Source: an uncultured delta proteobacterium
GTDB lineage: Bacteria > Desulfobacterota > Desulfuromonadia > Desulfuromonadales > BM103
DNA: 64,000 nt
NCBI GenBank assembly: GCA_963707155.1
Contig: CAVPPD010000030.1
Span: 2,578 to 66,577, forward strand
Reading direction: 5' to 3'
The notes beneath the pieces are model-generated. The model searched no databases, was not told where the DNA came from, and saw only the letters and a list, made by a program, of their open reading frames with translations. Within the stretch, counting starts at the first letter, position 1. Each line of letters starts with the position of its first letter. A program made the translations under genes and the position numbers. Of the stretch, positions 62,385 to 64,000 are shown piece by piece.

Positions 62385-62469
62385 TGGTGCGAGTGGGGAG
62401 ACTCGAACTCCCACACCTTACGGCACTAGATCCTAAATCTAGCGTGTCTGCCAATTCCACCACACTCGC
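62385..62469 (-). tRNA. tRNA-Leu(TAG)
   Basis: anticodon TAG, long variable arm, CCA. Confidence 0.96.
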
Positions 62470-62564
62470 AATGATCGTTCACAAACAATTAAGGCCCGAC
62501 TTTTCCCGGGACAACCGCCACATGCTGAGGGGTCGACGGGGAAAAGGCAGGCCCGAGAAAGTTA

Positions 62565-62640
62565 TGGGGTGAGTGACGGGGCTTGAACCCGCGACATCCG
62601 GAGCCACAATCCGGTGCTCTACCAACTGAGCTACACCCAC
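62565..62640 (-). tRNA. tRNA-His(GTG)
   Basis: anticodon GTG, G-1 at 62641, CCA. Confidence 0.96.
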
Positions 62641-62718
62641 CACAAATAAACACATCTAAAGCAAGGGTGAAAACATCCTCAACGGAAGAATCCGCTTCCT
62701 GGCTCCAGGCAATATAAG

Positions 62719-62795
62719 TGGCGCGCCAGGAAGGACTCGAACCCTCGACCCACGGCTTAGAAGGCCGTTGCTCTGTCCAGCTGAGCTACTGGCGC
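62719..62795 (-). tRNA. tRNA-Arg(TCT)
   Basis: anticodon TCT, CCA. Confidence 0.96.
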
Positions 62796-62797
62796 TT

Positions 62798-62879
<82 letters not shown>

Positions 62880-62888
62880 AAGTGGGAT

Positions 62889-62917
62889 TTTCTAGCACGC
62901 AGAAATCAATAATGCAA
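62889..62917 (-). promoter_or_regulatory. sigma70 promoter of the tRNA Pro-Arg-His-Leu cluster
   Basis: TTGCAT-17-TAGAAA with TG extension. Confidence 0.6.
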
Positions 62918-62982
62918 GACTAATCTTACAATTAATTATTATTCCCCCAGGAAAAGTCATTTTGGATTGGCCGACCAGAGTT

Positions 62983-63834
62983 TCAATCATCCTCAAGCTG
63001 GAAGCGAACCGGAACGCGAACCTGGCTGAGCACCGGCAGCCCGGCACGTTTGGCCGGGGTGAACTGCCAGCGTCTGACCGCTTGGCTGGCGGTTCGATCA
63101 AGCACCCGGTGCCCACAAGACTGATCCACCCTCAATTCGTCAACCGAGCCATCGGCAGCGACATCGACCAACAACCAGACCACACCTTCCCAATGCTTCT
63201 TCCTGGCCAGGTAGGGATATTCGGGCAAAGGGTTGCTGCGATAGTCTGGAACCGCCTCGACCAGATCCTGATGCAAGGGGGTTGAACTTGCCTCCCCCTC
63301 CTCAACCCGCTGAAATGCCACCGCCTGCTGTTTATTGGCGCTCCCGGTTAACGCTGTGACCGCTCCAGTCACGACAGCATCAGACTGTCGGGACTGTACT
63401 GAAATATGCGATAAATCGGTTGGCTCACCTTGCGGTGGCAGGCAAACTTTCTCGAGAGAGGAATCGCCTGTCCTGGGTTCGACATCTGGCAAGCTGGCTG
63501 CTTCTGCAACCCTCGCCTGCCTGGAATCTTTCGATGCAGCGTTTGTGTCGGGGACAGGCCTCTTTGAGCGTAGTGCTTTCATTGATTTCTGAGCAACCAC
63601 CGGGAGAGGTGTTGCCCTTGGGGCAGCAGGCGTTGCCACAGGTGGAGAGATGTTGTTTTCCAAAGGCAGGGCAACATCAGCGGCAGGAAGTAGTGAAACA
63701 GTCACCTGAGAATGAGACAGGCTAGTTCCTGCGGGAGGTGTGCCCCAGTCGTAAAGGACCAGGCCACCGTGCAGTCCGGTTGACAGAACAAGACAGAAAA
63801 GGAGCCTGAAAAGATGTGGGAAGTTTTCAAACAT
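62983..63834 (-). CDS. tonB: energy transducer TonB
   Basis: TM S..LH, Pro/Ala linker, P.YP..A.....EG.V...V.V..DG.V, S.G...LD..A..AV..W.F.PA, VPVRF.L. Confidence 0.88.
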   Translation of the reverse strand: MFENFPHLFRLLFCLVLSTGLHGGLVLYDWGTPPAGTSLSHSQVTVSLLPAADVALPLENNISPPVATPAAPRATPLPVVAQKSMKALRSKRPVPDTNAASKDSRQARVAEAASLPDVEPRTGDSSLEKVCLPPQGEPTDLSHISVQSRQSDAVVTGAVTALTGSANKQQAVAFQRVEEGEASSTPLHQDLVEAVPDYRSNPLPEYPYLARKKHWEGVVWLLVDVAADGSVDELRVDQSCGHRVLDRTASQAVRRWQFTPAKRAGLPVLSQVRVPVRFQLEDD

Positions 63835-64000
63835 TGATTAAGCAAGGCCACTGGACTTAAAAGTATTCAAGCTGCACGAGTCGAACACGCCATAAATGGT
63901 TTTTAAGTTGACACCATCTGTAAACATCTCAAGAATGCAACGTTGTTCTGTCGTTTGTCAATGCTTCAAAGTAACCGTGAGGCCCCGATTCTATGTCAAC

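Overview
Chromosomal segment of a Desulfuromonadales/Geobacterales-type deltaproteobacterium, judged from gene content and order. Core blocks are mreBCD-mrdA-rodA, ppiD-purC, bioWFHC under a BirA operator, xseA-M23-xseB-ispA-dxs, ftsEX-envC-ctpA-yibQ, tig-clpP-clpX-lon-hup and nine tRNA genes. Many essential genes are broken by single-base indels, densest at 9.7-15.5 kb, which points to uncorrected long-read error rather than pseudogenes. The most notable block (41.5-55.7 kb, minus strand) encodes a PpiC-type PPIase, an NHL beta-propeller lipoprotein, an OmcE-like tetraheme cytochrome and an ~8-heme cytochrome with a repeat tether. These sit directly upstream of an OxpG-type T2SS/T4P hybrid whose lipoprotein secretin carries TPRs, an (AVEPG)n repeat and a C-terminal cohesin-like domain; together they form a candidate cytochrome-nanowire folding and export system. 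Features missing from the ORF track include a ~78-nt sRNA candidate with an anti-Shine-Dalgarno C-rich loop (16.5 kb), a 35-aa small membrane protein gene (335-442), a MITE-like element between ccsA and ccsB, and two sigma-54 promoters. Also present are a periplasmic-binding/TM/PATAN/MshEN protein and a pseudo-receiver-GAF protein. No CRISPR array, integrase or transposase was seen. All family assignments come from reading motifs by eye, not from database searches.
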